Below are positions 27,871-41,850 of a stretch of 64,000 bases of DNA, piece by piece (within the stretch, counting starts at the first letter, position 1; the number at the start of each line of letters is the position of its first letter). Location: positions 75,454,001 through 75,518,000 of the forward strand of contig OX597815.1 in NCBI GenBank assembly GCA_951406725.2, written 5' to 3'. This stretch comes from Octopus vulgaris (Eukaryota). The notes beneath the pieces were generated by a model that saw only the letters and a program-made list of their open reading frames with translations, was not told where the DNA came from and searched no databases. Made by a program: the position numbers and the translations under genes.

Positions 27871-29883
27871 TCACTTATTCCATTAATTCCTTTGGTAATC
27901 GCATTAATGTTACAGCATCCATTTTCCCAACTTCATTAGTCAGTAGAATTGGTCATTCTTTTCATTGATAATTTTCTTTCTCAAAGGTTAAACAAATGCC
28001 TTTATTACACTGGGCGTTTTTCCTTTTCACTTCATTTTTATTTTGCTTTTTATGATCACGAATGATAGCACAGTACTAAAGACAAATTGTTTGGCCTATC
28101 ATAATCATAAGTATGTAGTAATAAGTGATTTCGTGTTACCTACTTCAAGATAAGGGTATTTGCGACATTCATGGCTTCCTTTAAGTTATTCGTAGTGTAA
28201 GTGGAATAGGTATAGGGAAGAAATCGAACCTGAATCATAAGATCGATCATCCAAGAGCTAACCACCTACACGAACGTGTACACTACCTTGGAATATCACA
28301 CTGATGGAATAAGCATAAATATCTGCCTGAGACTATTTGAGGCTACAATAATATTTACGAAAGATAGTGAGGGCGGATAATTGGGACTTTCAACAGGAAT
28401 ATACGCGCGCACACACACACACACATACACACTGAAGGAAGTACGTTAAAAATCAATTTTGGTTTTTATTCTTTCTCCATCCTTTTCACCTGGATATGCA
28501 TACACACACACATGTATATACACATACACGCATACATACATACATACAAAATACATACATACATACGCATAAACATATATATATATATATATATACCATA
28601 TTGATAAATAGATAGATAGATAGATATATAGATAGAGTGAGAGAGAGAGAGATACGCGTACGTATATGCGTATGTTTTCACGTGTCCCCACGCATTATAA
28701 TAAGTGGAATTTTACATATTGTTTATATTCTTTATTCTTATTTCTTTATTCTCGTTATTCAGCTCCCTTACAATTCATCTTTTTCTTCACACATGTGTTG
28801 CGTATATGTGTATTAGATACAAGCGTAATATACATCTGACTGTATTTTTCTTATTAGTGTGTCTGTATGTCTTTCATTTTCCAATTCCTGCAACCACTAT
28901 CTAGCTTCATCGTCACAAACCAATCTATACAGCAGTTATTTCAAAATACATATTCTCTTGACACCATTTTAATATAGCTGTCATCGTTTGTTACGACTGT
29001 TATCCTTCTTTTTCCATTGTCGTTGTTGTTTTTGTTCATGTTTAAATTCATCGTCTTCCTCTTTCTTCTCCTCCATCTCCTCCTTCTCTGTTTAAATGCT
29101 TTGTTTCCTCCCCACTCGTTTTGGCTCTAGTTTCTTCACGTTTTGTTTTATTTCACTATAGGTCTTTCTCTTTGGCTGTTTTGGCTGTTTTTTTAAATGA
29201 TATTAAAGTCGTGTTTTAAAGGCAGAATGTCAGTAGAATTATTGAAATGTTTTCCATGAGACAGCGAGACAGTGTCTTGGCTTACTTATCTAATTACTAA
29301 TTCATACATTTGTAAACTTTCCATTTTTCGAATGGCTCTCTAAATTTTTTTGCCTTCGTTTTCTATAAGGAAAATGAAAAACGAACCAACAAAAACTCGC
29401 TTCATATGTTTTCTTCTCTATTATTCTCTCCACCCTTCTTCCACCCTCCCGCACTTCACTCGCTTTCTTTCTTGTTTCTACTTGCTTATATATTCATACA
29501 TATACATATACACGCATATAGAACTTTTCCCTGAAGGAAAGATTATATATGTGTTTGTGTGTATGGCTGTGTCTTTCTGTGGCTTGTGTTTGTGTATATA
29601 GTCTGAAATTCCTTTTATATTATTTTCTGTTTTTAATATTTCTCAAATTTTCTTTCACTTACTGATATACATGCGTACTGTATATTTTCACTCTTTCCTC
29701 CTCTCTTTTTTTCTCTCTCTCTCATTCTATCCATATATGTATCTATGTACGTATGTATGTATATATATGTATGCATGCACGTATGTATATATGTACGTAC
29801 GTATGTATGTATGTACGTATGTACGTACGTATGTATGTCTGTATATGTATATGTGTATGCTTCTTTCTTTCTCTCTCTCTCTC

Positions 29884-29934
<51 letters not shown>

Positions 29935-30174
29935 TACACTTATAGATGTGTGTATGTCTGTGAGTTAAGAAATTCATGCATAAATTTTTAATCACACCGA
30001 AATGGCTCTTTGGTTAGGAAATTTGTTCGCAACCACACGGTTTCCGGTTCAGTGTTAGGTAACTGTCTTCTAATAACGAAAGTTCGCCCCAGTGTCTTGT
30101 GAGTGTTGTTGGTAGGCAGAAGATGGGCGGAAGCCAGCAGCATACATACATACATACATACATACATACATACA

Positions 30175-30205
<31 letters not shown>

Positions 30206-30800
30206 CTCTTTATATATATTATATATATATATATGCATATACGTAGTGAACACGAGACAAAGACATCAAATTTACAAAATTTTCCGTCGACTGAAAAACT
30301 GTGAACAGCATTAATGGATTCTCGATCCCTATTGGAATTTCATCAAAGGTGTCTACATCACTTCTAGCTTCAGTGAATTGGAGCAACAAATTTACATACT
30401 ATAATCTTTTAACACTTTATTTTGATATCACCAGCCTGTCAACGGGGAATCCATTCTACAGAGATGATATGATATGTGTAAAAATATACAAACATATTAC
30501 GTTTACGTATGCATGTGTATATGTGAGTATGCGTGTATGCAAGCATGTGTGGTGGGGGTTCTTTTGTGCTTGTGTTTGTCTCTCACCGCTAAAAAATTGG
30601 TATTGGCTTGTTTTATATTCTCATAACTTATAGCTTCGGCAAAAACAGGTCGATAGAATATGTACCAGAGTTTTAAAAAACACTGTCGATTTAATAGACT
30701 GAACATTCTAAGGTGGTGTCCAAGCCGAACCTACCTCAGTGCAACGACTGAAACAAGTACAGAATACACACAGAAATACACACGTCCATCCATTAATGTG

Positions 30801-30837
<37 letters not shown>

Positions 30838-31176
30838 ACGCACATATACATATATATGCATACATACACATACACAAACATATTTGTCTATATCTATTTC
30901 TCCTGTTGTCATGTCTCTATCTCCCACTGCAAATATTTACTTTTGTGTATGTAACAAAATAATGCTTGGTTATGAATGGTTTTATTGAAGACTTTCTTTC
31001 CGATTTCTTTCGACTCACTTAAGCATCTAACTTTAATTATATATTACAATCTCTGCTCTATTATTTATAAACAATCAAGGCTACAATACCAACGTATAAT
31101 TTTATACTTTTTAAAATGGCGGACTCAATCCTGGATGCTGTGTAGCCCAATGGGTCTATTGATGGACGATCACTAT

Positions 31177-31600
31177 TGAGCTGGCAGAATAGTTAGTATG
31201 CCGGACAAAATGCTCAGCTGCATTTCGCTCGTTTTTACGTTCTGAGTTCTAATTCCGCCTGGGCCGACTTTGCCTTTCATCATTTAAGGGTCGATAAAAT
31301 AAGTACCAGTTGAGCACTTGGGTCGAGGTAATCGACCAAATTTCAGGCGTTTCGCTTATAATAATAGAAAGGATTATTAGATTCAACACAAATGTGCGGA
31401 GTTGGTAGAATTGCTTGTACGCCGGACAAAGTGCTTAATAGCGTTTCTTCCCGCTCTTTACTTTCTGAACTCAAATTCCATCGAGGTGGACGTTGCCTTA
31501 TATCTTTTCGTGATTAATAAAATATATACCAGTTGGGCACTGGGGCTGATGTAAATCATTCTTCCCAAAATTGCTGACCTCATACCAAAATTCGAAGCCG
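31177..31600 (+). mobile_element. Two tandem tRNA-derived SINE copies
   Basis: Two successive matches to gagctggcagaat...gagttc.aattcc...taagtaccagttg. Confidence 0.75.
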
Positions 31601-32216
31601 TTGTTATATTCAGTTCTCTTATTTTAATTGCATGTTTTCACTTCACTACTGAGTACAGTACAGCATGTATTAGGTATGAACAATCTTTTGATTTGGTTTT
31701 GTATTGAAAGTATTATTAAACATACGGTTTTTACGGTCTGCACTGACTTATCGCGTAATTCATACTGTTTAACCTTAACTGTTTCCACAATCAATATTTG
31801 TTTTAATTCTACTAAACCATTGTTAGACTCTTTTTCTATATATTCCCAATGTTGTACTTCCTATCTAGTTCAACATGCTTTCACCATAGATTTCAATATA
31901 TCTTACTTTTATCTTTCATAAACACATTAATACCCCTTCTTAGCACTTCTCTTTCCCCTAATATTCCTCTTTTCCATTGCGGTTCTTTCTTTCTAGTCAT
32001 ATACTATTTCCTGAATTATTTACTTGCAGCTCTTAACAAACTGATTATGTGACACATTTTTAACATTATATAAAATATCATAAGTAAGGTGCAGGCGTAA
32101 CGGCGTGGTAAGAAGTTTGCTTCCTAACCACGTTCTTCGGGGTTCAATCTCACTGCCTCTGGACGACCAAAGTCTTTTGAATGGATTTGGCAGACGGAAA
32201 CTGAAAGAAACCCGTC

Positions 32217-32352
<136 letters not shown>

Positions 32353-32479
32353 ATGTATGTTTGTCTTTTCTGTATTTAAGCATTTAAATTCTTTTCTGAA
32401 GAAGGAGCTGGTTTCTAACAAAGATACAAAGCTCCATTTTTGAAATGTAGATAAATGTGTAATCTACACCTTAGATTCA

Positions 32480-33120
32480 TCATGGCGTCTGATGTGGCGT
32501 TTTATACCCACATATATTGCGTATCCGATTTGGACTATCAAGAGCTGCAGTTAAGTTCCGAACCTTGTGCATCTTAAAATGTCTTTTGAAGCCTCCGTTA
32601 GAAATGCAGACAAGGCATTGAAATGTGTGCACAGATATATAGGCAAAATTGTTGGATGTTCGTTTTTCATGGGTCTTCAAATGAGATTTGAGTCCAGCAA
32701 AAGAAAGGCATGGTCTGTCACAAACTGTGCACACAAAAAGTCACTGAGATCACCTTCTCGATGGCAACATTCTTCTTTAAATCTCTCTTGCGTCAAGCTT
32801 GTTTTATTCTGGCATCCTCAAACGCTTTCACTCCACTCCACACCTTTGTTTGCCATCCAACTCGATCCGAAGCAAAGGTTTCTATGGCCTTTGGATCCTT
32901 ATGTCGTCCTTAAGCCTCTTTCCTCTTTTTTGGTTCAAACCGATCGCGGTTCCCCTCTACAAGCTCGCCACAAAACGGCTGTTTGGGTGTGCGTTCATCC
33001 GCCATTCGAATAATATGGCCAGACCATCTCATTTAAATTTTCAGAACCATTGATGCAATTGAAGTGATGCCTGCAGACGCAAAGACATCTGTGTCTGGAG
33101 TAAAAGAGCCCCGTTTAATG
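32480..33120 (-). mobile_element. RTE-clade LINE 3' fragment with C2H2 zinc fingers
   Basis: Minus strand has RWSGHIIRMADERTPKQPFCGEL..G.R (RTE C-terminal motif) followed by CTVCDRPCLSFAGLKSHLKTH and FQCLVC...FKRHFKMH. Confidence 0.7.
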
Positions 33121-33294
33121 TTTAAAATGAGACGAAGGAAATACAATTTGAAATGTCTTTCATAACATTCCATGTTCCAAAAGACTCAGACACTATATTT
33201 GAGACTACGAAGGTATTTAAACGCTCTATGTATGCATGTATGTATGTATATATGTATGTATGCATGTATATATATAAATATAAATATATGTGTG

Positions 33295-33351
<57 letters not shown>

Positions 33352-33788
33352 TTGTACATACATTTACACATGCATACACATAGACCATATATGCATACTA
33401 CACAATGGATAAAGAAAATAATACGCGCTCACACACAGACGCGCATACATCAACAGCAACAGCCGCAGTTTACACACCACAGGTGTAATATAATTTCCAA
33501 TGTGGATACACATGTAATTTATTCGGTTTAAATAAACACAACTAAAGCTCACAACATAAACTCAGTATAAAAACAATGTAAATTAAACATAATCACGCTG
33601 TAAAGAAATTATTGATACTTAACTTGTGATCTCTTCGTGAGACAGAATTATAACTGACGTTCCGATGACATAATTCTCATATAATAATTTTGTATAATTT
33701 ATACTATAAAAGATAAACAGCTCACATCTATAGGTATAACTGTAATGAACAATAAAATAACATAATAAACTGAAATATTATTTTATAT

Positions 33789-33866
<78 letters not shown>

Positions 33867-34412
33867 GCAGTACCAGGCAGTGGCTCTCATGGCTTCTGAT
33901 CTTAACTGATTGGAAGTGTTATCATGTACATTGTTTTGTCTTGGTATAAAAGATGGGCTACAGCAAATATTCTGCTCAATACCACAGATTTGCTTGTCAG
34001 TTGTTTGACCTTAACCAGTTGAGCATGTCCCTTAGTGGCTGACGATATGTGCATCTCTGATCACGAGCAGAAGTAGTGGGGGAGCATCATAGCCATGTGT
34101 TGAGAAGGATTCTTTGGGGTTTGAATAATTCACCTCTGGAAACATGGGTGTTTCGTTCAACATCCTTAAACAAGCCTTATTCAGGGACCTTTTGAGCGGG
34201 ATGGGTTACTCGATCTGAAGAAAATTCTAACTGGGCTCCACCTGCAAGGTCATGTGCTGTTTATCTTGATATGAGATCACCATGTCGCGCACATATGGTT
34301 GTGATGCATGTGCCTGGTGTACCCTTATCAGACGGGTAGTCATGATGGGTATACTGGGCTTCGTATATTTTACCCCAGTGTCACTTCGATGGCATGCTCT
34401 GCTCGCTCACTC
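33867..34412 (+). mobile_element. ~550 bp (AAT)n-inserted repeat, copy 3
   Basis: Nearly collinear with 16361-16916; (AAT)n on both sides. Confidence 0.88.
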
Positions 34413-34461
34413 AATAATAATAATAATAATGATAATAATGATGATAATAATAATAATAATA

Positions 34462-36168
34462 TACGTTTGGAATTGTGGGGAATATAACGTATTTCCTGAA
34501 GAGAAGTATGTTGGGATGGAAAACTGAACTAACATCTTACAGAAAGCTTGGGTACCCTGGATATCAGAAAAGGGATTTTCCATGGTGGTAGCTTATATAC
34601 GTTGCTTTTCGTTCTCTGCATGATACTCCTGACATCTTGGTACTCAGGAAAATGAAGCCGAGGTACCAACTAAGCGAAAAATCTCAAACAATCAACAACC
34701 TCCTCTTCATAGATGAATTGAAACTGCATGGCAAATATGAGACACAAGTGAGTTCGTTGGTGAACACGGTCCATATTTTAGTACTGATATTAGAATGGAA
34801 TTTGGACTCATGAGGTGCGGAGTAATCTACCAAAAAAGAGGCAGAGTACAGTTCCTAGCAGGGATAGAATTACCGAATAGAGACTTGATTAAGCATATTG
34901 AAACGGAAGTGTACAAATAGTTTGGTGTATTAGAGTTCAACGAGATAATGGAAAAGGAAATGAAAGAGCAACTGGTGTTGGTGCTGCACTCAAAATTGAC
35001 TGGGTGGAATAAAATCTAAGCAGTTAACACGTGGGCGATAGCATCCCTTCGGTATGAAACAGGAGTTATAAAATGGCAAAAGAAATAAGGGATAAAATGG
35101 ACAAACATGTTGACAGTGCACGGAGCCTACCACAGTAAAGGTGACACTGATAGGCTGCACTTGTCCAGAAGAAAGGGTGGGAGAGGTTTGATTAGTTACC
35201 TTAACTTTATCAAATCAGAGGAAAACAGCTTATGGTGGTACATAAAAAATGCCGTGGAGCCATTGTTAAAACAGACGAAGAAGAGCGGCGTCATCAAAAC
35301 TGAAAATTGTGTAACTAAAGAACAATTTAAACAAGAAATGAACGCAAAAAAATAAAAACTCGGAGGGGGAAATGTACGATCAGTTTGCAAGAGATGTGAA
35401 CGCGAAAACAGATACAGAGGACCGGTGGCTATGGATGTGGAGGAGTGACATGAAGATAGAGACAGAAGCACTCATATGCGCAGCTCAGGAGCAAGCGTTA
35501 TGGACCAACTATGTGAAGTACAGAATTGACAACACGACCGACAGCGGCAAATGCAGAATGCGAATACCTGAAATTGGCACAACGCGAATACAAAAGACAC
35601 CATGATAATGTGGGAACAATGATCCATTGGGAGCTCTGTGGAAACCACAATCTACAAAGAGCAAAGACATGGTATGAACAAACCCCAGAAGGAGTCACCG
35701 AAAATGAGAACTGAAAATCCTGTGGGATATAATAATCCAGTTCGATCGCCTGATCAAACATAGGAAACTGGACATTGTTGTAGCGAATAAAAATGAAAGA
35801 ACAAGTATGATAATCGACATAGCTTGCCCTGGTGACTACATGATCAATGTGAAAGAATAAAAATAAACAACTATGACGATTTGAAGTGGGAAGTACGAAG
35901 GTTGTAGTCAATGAAGAGAGTAGATGTGATACCAATAGTAATTGGTGCACTTGGAAGTATCAGCACTCAACTGCCAACATGGCTGAAAAAGATCGGTGCA
36001 AGTATGATGGTAGAAAACCTACAAAAATCAGCATTGCTTGGAACTGTAAGACTTCTTCGCAGGGTTCTTGAAACATGACCAGTAAAGAAGTGTCACCTTA
36101 GTCTGTTGGCTGTGGACAGCTGACACTTTCCATCATACTCAGCGAATTTATTTGTGAGTTTTTAACAC

Positions 36169-36170
<2 letters not shown>
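34462..36170 (+). mobile_element. 5'-truncated R4/Dong-type family A copy
   Basis: RT end, EALICAAQEQAL motif, REL remnants and the same 3' UTR as 498-580; ends in (AAT)n. Confidence 0.9.
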
Positions 36171-36237
<67 letters not shown>

Positions 36238-36239
<2 letters not shown>

Positions 36240-36911
36240 CTTACTATAATGGTCGTTATGTATCCTCTTCACGGTCTAACGGCTCGACCAATGGTCACGA
36301 TGTTCTTTGGGATTACGAAGGAAGTGATCAGGAAGGATTGTAGCGAAAAAATATGAAAAAGTATAATTATTTAGTGGATATTCAGCATAATTGTTCAGCT
36401 TACGGGCGTAAAAAAGTAAATAAAAACCAAGTGGAGATAACTAAGAAAAGAAGCAAAGGGAAGTAGGTCATCTTACTATAATGAGCGTTACGTCCGTCTG
36501 TCTGTCTATTCCCATTTCACGGTCTGCACCAATGGTCACGATGTCTTTCGGGATTACGAAAGAGGTAATCAGTAAAAAATGTGAAGAAGTATGACTATTT
36601 AGTGGATATTGAGTTTTCTATCAATAAATCACCTTTGATTATTTTTTTTTTCTTTTGTTAAAATTCCGGCGATGAGGATTAACTCTTGATCCCCACACCC
36701 CGTATAGTTCGTGAATTTAGAGGGTTTAGATTTGCGATACTATTCCTTTATTTCCTATCGTAGATGAGCAGATTCCTAAAGATTCCGCTCGGGCATTGCA
36801 GTAAACAAGGCACAGGGCCAGACTTTTGATCGTGTAGATGTATTTTTACCCACCCCGATGTTTACACACGGCCAGTTATACATCGCTATGAGTAGAGCAA
36901 CGGACTCTAGT
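36238..36911. mobile_element. Helentron/Helitron-like non-autonomous element with duplicated 5' segment (tentative)
   Basis: atcttactataatg... occurs at about 36238 and 36470, the second copy with (CTGT)n; ends near gcaacggactctagt. Confidence 0.4.
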
Positions 36912-37408
36912 AATTTGAAAATCTGTGTCGACCAAACAAAAAATATCGTCTACAAAGAAGTTTTGTAATCATATTGATATTATCGAAAGGAATATGATTC
37001 ATTATTTAAATAAGGAAATTTGTGAACTTTGAACGTATAAGAATATAAACAAGCGGTAAATAGTGTAAACAACTAAAATAAAAGTATATCTAAATAACAT
37101 TTTTCTTTCTTAATTCTTTTTATGTAGTGGTCGAAGGAAGGTCTGGGTTTCGTTCAGAGAGTTCTACATAATCATTCCTGATACAGAGGCTGGGAGCCTA
37201 TTTCAGTTCGGTAGTGGATCGTCATAACATGTCACTTAATCGCAAATTCATGTCATATAACCGCAATAGAATGCTGCATCACCAACAGTGATTTCTCAAA
37301 GACATCACCCAGTAATCTATCAAGTCTATTTACACACTTCTCAATACATACTGCTGTTATGACTTCCCTCCCTCATGTTTTGCCTCCATCGTAGATGGGT
37401 TGATTTGC

Positions 37409-37451
<43 letters not shown>

Positions 37452-37452
<1 letters not shown>

Positions 37453-40400
37453 TGCCATATCAACTAGCAGTCCAATTAAACAGTCTGTATTGGTAGACAA
37501 TATTAAGATCCCTCGGCCTTATTGTAATAATATAATTAGAGTAATAATTGTGAAACTTTAGTAGTGAACTTGGAAATAAAATAGGGATTATAGTAGTAAT
37601 AGTGAAATTACAATAGTGAACAAGAATTATCCAGAATAATAAACAAGTGGCGTTGTGATACTGTCAAGTTGTCGGCGACTAAACCGACAACCCTTCTAAG
37701 CTTGCTTGGTGAGGAGGTGGGGCTTTTCGACACCTTGCGGGATTAAAAACAAAACCCAGCAAAGGGTAGAGGAACTTAAAAATCAATGGTGATTTCGAAA
37801 ACGGGTAGACAGCACTCGTGAGCCTTGACTGGCAGTCTGTCTAGGAGAAGGAATATTCTGATTTTAAAACTGGAGTAGATAGGGCTCCTTAGTCACAGCG
37901 GTGACAACCTGCCTATGTCCAATGGCTTCATACCTGGGATGAAGGCGAATGAACCGCGAATCGGGACTTAACTCCGGATCAATATTTAGATGAAGATACG
38001 GGACCAACTAACGCACACCTATCTCCTAATGAGAATGAGGACCATGACTCCAACACGCAGAAATGCGAAGGGAACAGGCCCAGTTTATGGGTAGTAAGAG
38101 CTCTGCAATCTTGCTTGACTACTTCGCCAAAGCAACAGAAGTGCGAGAAAAGGCGAGTATGTGGCTCCTTCAAATAACCAGTGCTCCGGGTAGGCTGTAC
38201 TTGTTAGATTTGGGTGACAAGCAGCCTAAGAGAAGGAACACTCTGAGTCCAAAACCAGGGGAGCAAGGACCCTGCCATATTGGAGGACCACCTTGATAGA
38301 GATGGTGTCTCGATAAAAATCCCGGTTGGTAGTAACCTAAAAACACCACGTTTGTGAGTGAAAAGGCCAAGCAAAGTAAATAACGATAACGGTATGAGCG
38401 GGACTGGAACCAATGGTGAAGGTGTCGCACCCGGCAAGTGCCCCACTGTGCAACAGGGTGGGCTCGGTCGTAATCCAGCAACTGCTAGCCATGCTACGAG
38501 ACATAGGTGGAGTAAACAAGTAAACATGATGGTTATGGAGTGTTACTACCGGAGCACTCCAGTGGATACGAATTGCGTGCCTATCAGATGGTACAGAAAA
38601 CGAATGCACAGTGAATGGAAGGCAATGGAACTATTCGAAATTACTGTCAGAAATTATGTGACCAAGTCAGAGCAATGCGAAAGAATGGATGGTCAAGGGA
38701 ATTGGAGCTAGAAGCTATTAAAAGAAGGATATCGAGTGAGGTTGGGCATGCGAGAAATGAAAGGGATATAGTGAAAGAGATGGACAATTGTCCGCAAGAA
38801 TATAATACCGTGAATTGTAAAGGAATTAAGATCAGTGACTACTCAAATAATGAAGATCGATTAATAATAGACAGAATTTTGGATTTATAAAATACAGAAG
38901 AGAGAATTTGTGTGCAACTTTAAGAGGGCTAACCAATGGAGACTAAATCAAGAGACGAGTAAAGTCAATATTGTTCTGAGAGACATTGAAACAAAGAACA
39001 TCACACTAACAAATAATTTTATCAAGGCTGCTAATAGGATTGTGGCGGAAAGGATGAGATTGAGAACTATTGAGAATAGAACCGCGACGGATAGAAGAGG
39101 AAATAAATAACCGTGGTGGAAAAGGAGATTTTCTGAAGATATAAACTCCTTGAATAGTGTAGTGTCAAGACTTGTAACGAAAAGAAATGGCGAACTTAAG
39201 AATGAATTGAAATTCGAAAAAGTTAGGGAGGAGTATGGTGTAGATACAAAAAGACTGAATGTTGTAATTAAAGAGCTAAAGCAGAGCATACATGCAAAAA
39301 AATGTAAAGCTATCTAGGACTGAGCAACGGATTAAGAAAAACCGATCAAAAATGATTTTATCAAGAGGTTAATGACGATAAAAACTGTGAAAGATTAATC
39401 CCCGATGCTGATAAAAGTCGACTTTTTGGGGGTAAGATATGGAGTAAGCATGAACAACATATTACTACAGCTGAATGGCTTTGTAACCTGAAGCAAACAA
39501 CTTATTATCCCCAGCAAGAGACTGTCCACTTCACAGAAGACAGTATCAAAAATATGAATAAAATTATAAGCAATTGAAAAGCAGCAGAGCCTGATAGTGT
39601 ACAGGGGTTTTGGTTACAAAAAAGTTCAGTAGTTGCCATAAATTGATCGCAAAACAATTTAATGCATTGATCAATGGAAAAGATGAAATTCCGGGTTAAT
39701 CGATAAAAAGACGAAGGATGCATCAAAGTGCATGAAGGATGCATCAAAGGAAAATGTTGCTGACAATTACAGACCAATATCCTGCCCCCTGTTGAGGTGG
39801 AAGATACTGTCAGGAAGAATTGCAGAAGAACTGTATAAATTTCTTAATGAGAACGATATATTGCCGCTACAAAAAAAGACTGTAGAAAGAGAGGCAAAGG
39901 TACCAAAGATCAACTATTCATAGACAAAATGGTAATGCAAGTTGTAAACGAAGGAGAACAAATCTGGGAATTTGTTTGATTGACTAAAGCAAAGCTTATG
40001 ACATGATTCCACATTTGTGGATCATCGAGTGCTTAGATCTGTTTGGGATTACGAGGAATGTAGCATGTTTCCTGCAGAGAAGTATGGTGGGGTGGAAAAC
40101 TGAACTAGCATCTTATGGAAAAAGCTTGGGTACCCTGGATATCAGAAAAGGGATTTTCCAGGGTGGTAGCTTATATCCGTTGCTTTTCGTTCTCCACATG
40201 ATACTCTTGACATCTTGGTACTCAGGAAAATGAAGCCGGGGTACCAACTATGCGAAAAATCTCAAACAATTAACCACTTCCTCTTCATGGATGATTTGAA
40301 ACTGCATGGCAAAGATGAGACACAAGTGAGTTCCTTGGTGAACACGGTCCACTGCTTTAGTTCTGATATTAAAATGGAATTTGGACTCAAGAGGTGCGGA

Positions 40401-41645
40401 GTAATCTACTCCAAAAGAGGCAAGGTACAGTTCCTAGCAGGGATATAATCACTGAATAGAGACTTGATTAAGCAAATTGAAAAGGAAGTCTACAAATACC
40501 TTGGTGTATTAGAGTGCAACGAAATAATGGAAAAGGAAATGAAAGAGCAACACAGGATGGAGTATTTCCGAAGAGTGAGGTTGGTACTGCACTCAAAATT
40601 GACTGGATGGAATAAAATCCAAGCGATTAATACGTGGGCGATAGCATCACTTCGGTATGGAGCGAGAATTATAAAATGGCAAAACAGAGAAATGACGAAA
40701 ATGGATACCAAGACAAGAAAAATGTTGACAGTACACGGAACCTTCCATCTTAAGAGTGACACTTGTCCGGAAGAAAGGGTAGGAGAGGTTCCATCAGTTG
40801 CCAGGAATGTATCGAAGCAGAGAAAGACAGCTTAGTGTGGAGCCACTGTTGAAAGAGACGAAGAATACCAGCGTCATCAAAACAGGAAATGAACACAAAA
40901 AAATAAAAACTCGGAGGAGGAAAATGTACGATCAGTTTGCAAGAGATGTGAACGCGAAACAGATACAGAGGACTGGTGGCCATGGATGAGAAGGAGTGAA
41001 CTGAAGATAGAGACAGAAGCACTCATATGCGCAGCTCAGGAGCAAGCGTTATGGACCAACTATGTGAAGTACAGAATTGACAACACGACCGACAGCGGCA
41101 AATGCAGAATGCGAATACCTGAAATTGGCACAACGCGAATACAAAAGACACCATGACAATGTGGCAACAATGATCCATTGGAAGCTCTGTGGAAACCACA
41201 ACCTACAAAGAGCAAAGACATGGTATGAACAAACCCCAGAAGGAGTCACCGAAAATGAGAACTGAAAATCCTGTGGGATATAATAATCCAGTTCGATCGC
41301 CTGATCAAACATAGGAAACTGGACATTGTTGTAGCGAATAAAAATGAAAGAACAAGTATGATAATCGACATAGCTTGCCCTGGTGACTACAGGATCAATG
41401 TGAAAGAATAAAAATAAACAACTATGACGATTTGAAGTGGGAAGTACGAAGGTTGTAGTCAATGAAGAGAGTAGATGTGATACCAATAGTAATTGGTGCA
41501 CTTGAAAGTATCAGCACTCAACAACCAGCATAGCTGAAAAAGATCGTGCAAGTGTGAAGGTAGAACACCAACAAAAATCAGCATTGCTTGGAACAGTAAG
41601 AATTCTTTGTGGGTTCTTGAACTATGACCAGTAAATAAATGTTAC
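37452..41645 (+). mobile_element. Near full-length decayed R4/Dong-type non-LTR retrotransposon, family A
   Basis: Starts after (AAT)n. N-terminal RHRWSKQVNMMVMECYY...YRKRMH..W..KLCDQVRAMRKNGW, RT motifs NYRPISC, GIFQGGSLYPLLF and FMDDLKL, then REL remnants; many stops and frameshifts. Confidence 0.92.
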
Positions 41646-41770
41646 CTTACAGTTCTATATTTAAGAGGTGAGGAATTATGTATGCCATATGCCCGTGGGC
41701 ATATGGCGTACTGGTTAAGAGCGTGGGCTACTAACCTCAAGATTCTGAGTTTGATTCCAGGCAGTGACGT
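41646..41770 (+). mobile_element. tRNA-head SINE-like segment joined to the retrotransposon 3' end
   Basis: A-box tggcgtactgg and B-box gagtttgattcc; repeated at 42546-42670. Confidence 0.6.
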
Positions 41771-41771
41771 G

Positions 41772-41849
<78 letters not shown>

Positions 41850-41850
<1 letters not shown>

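Noticed and set aside
41704-41768. Functional tRNA gene
   Set aside because: A and B boxes are present, but a complete cloverleaf cannot be formed; better explained as a SINE head.
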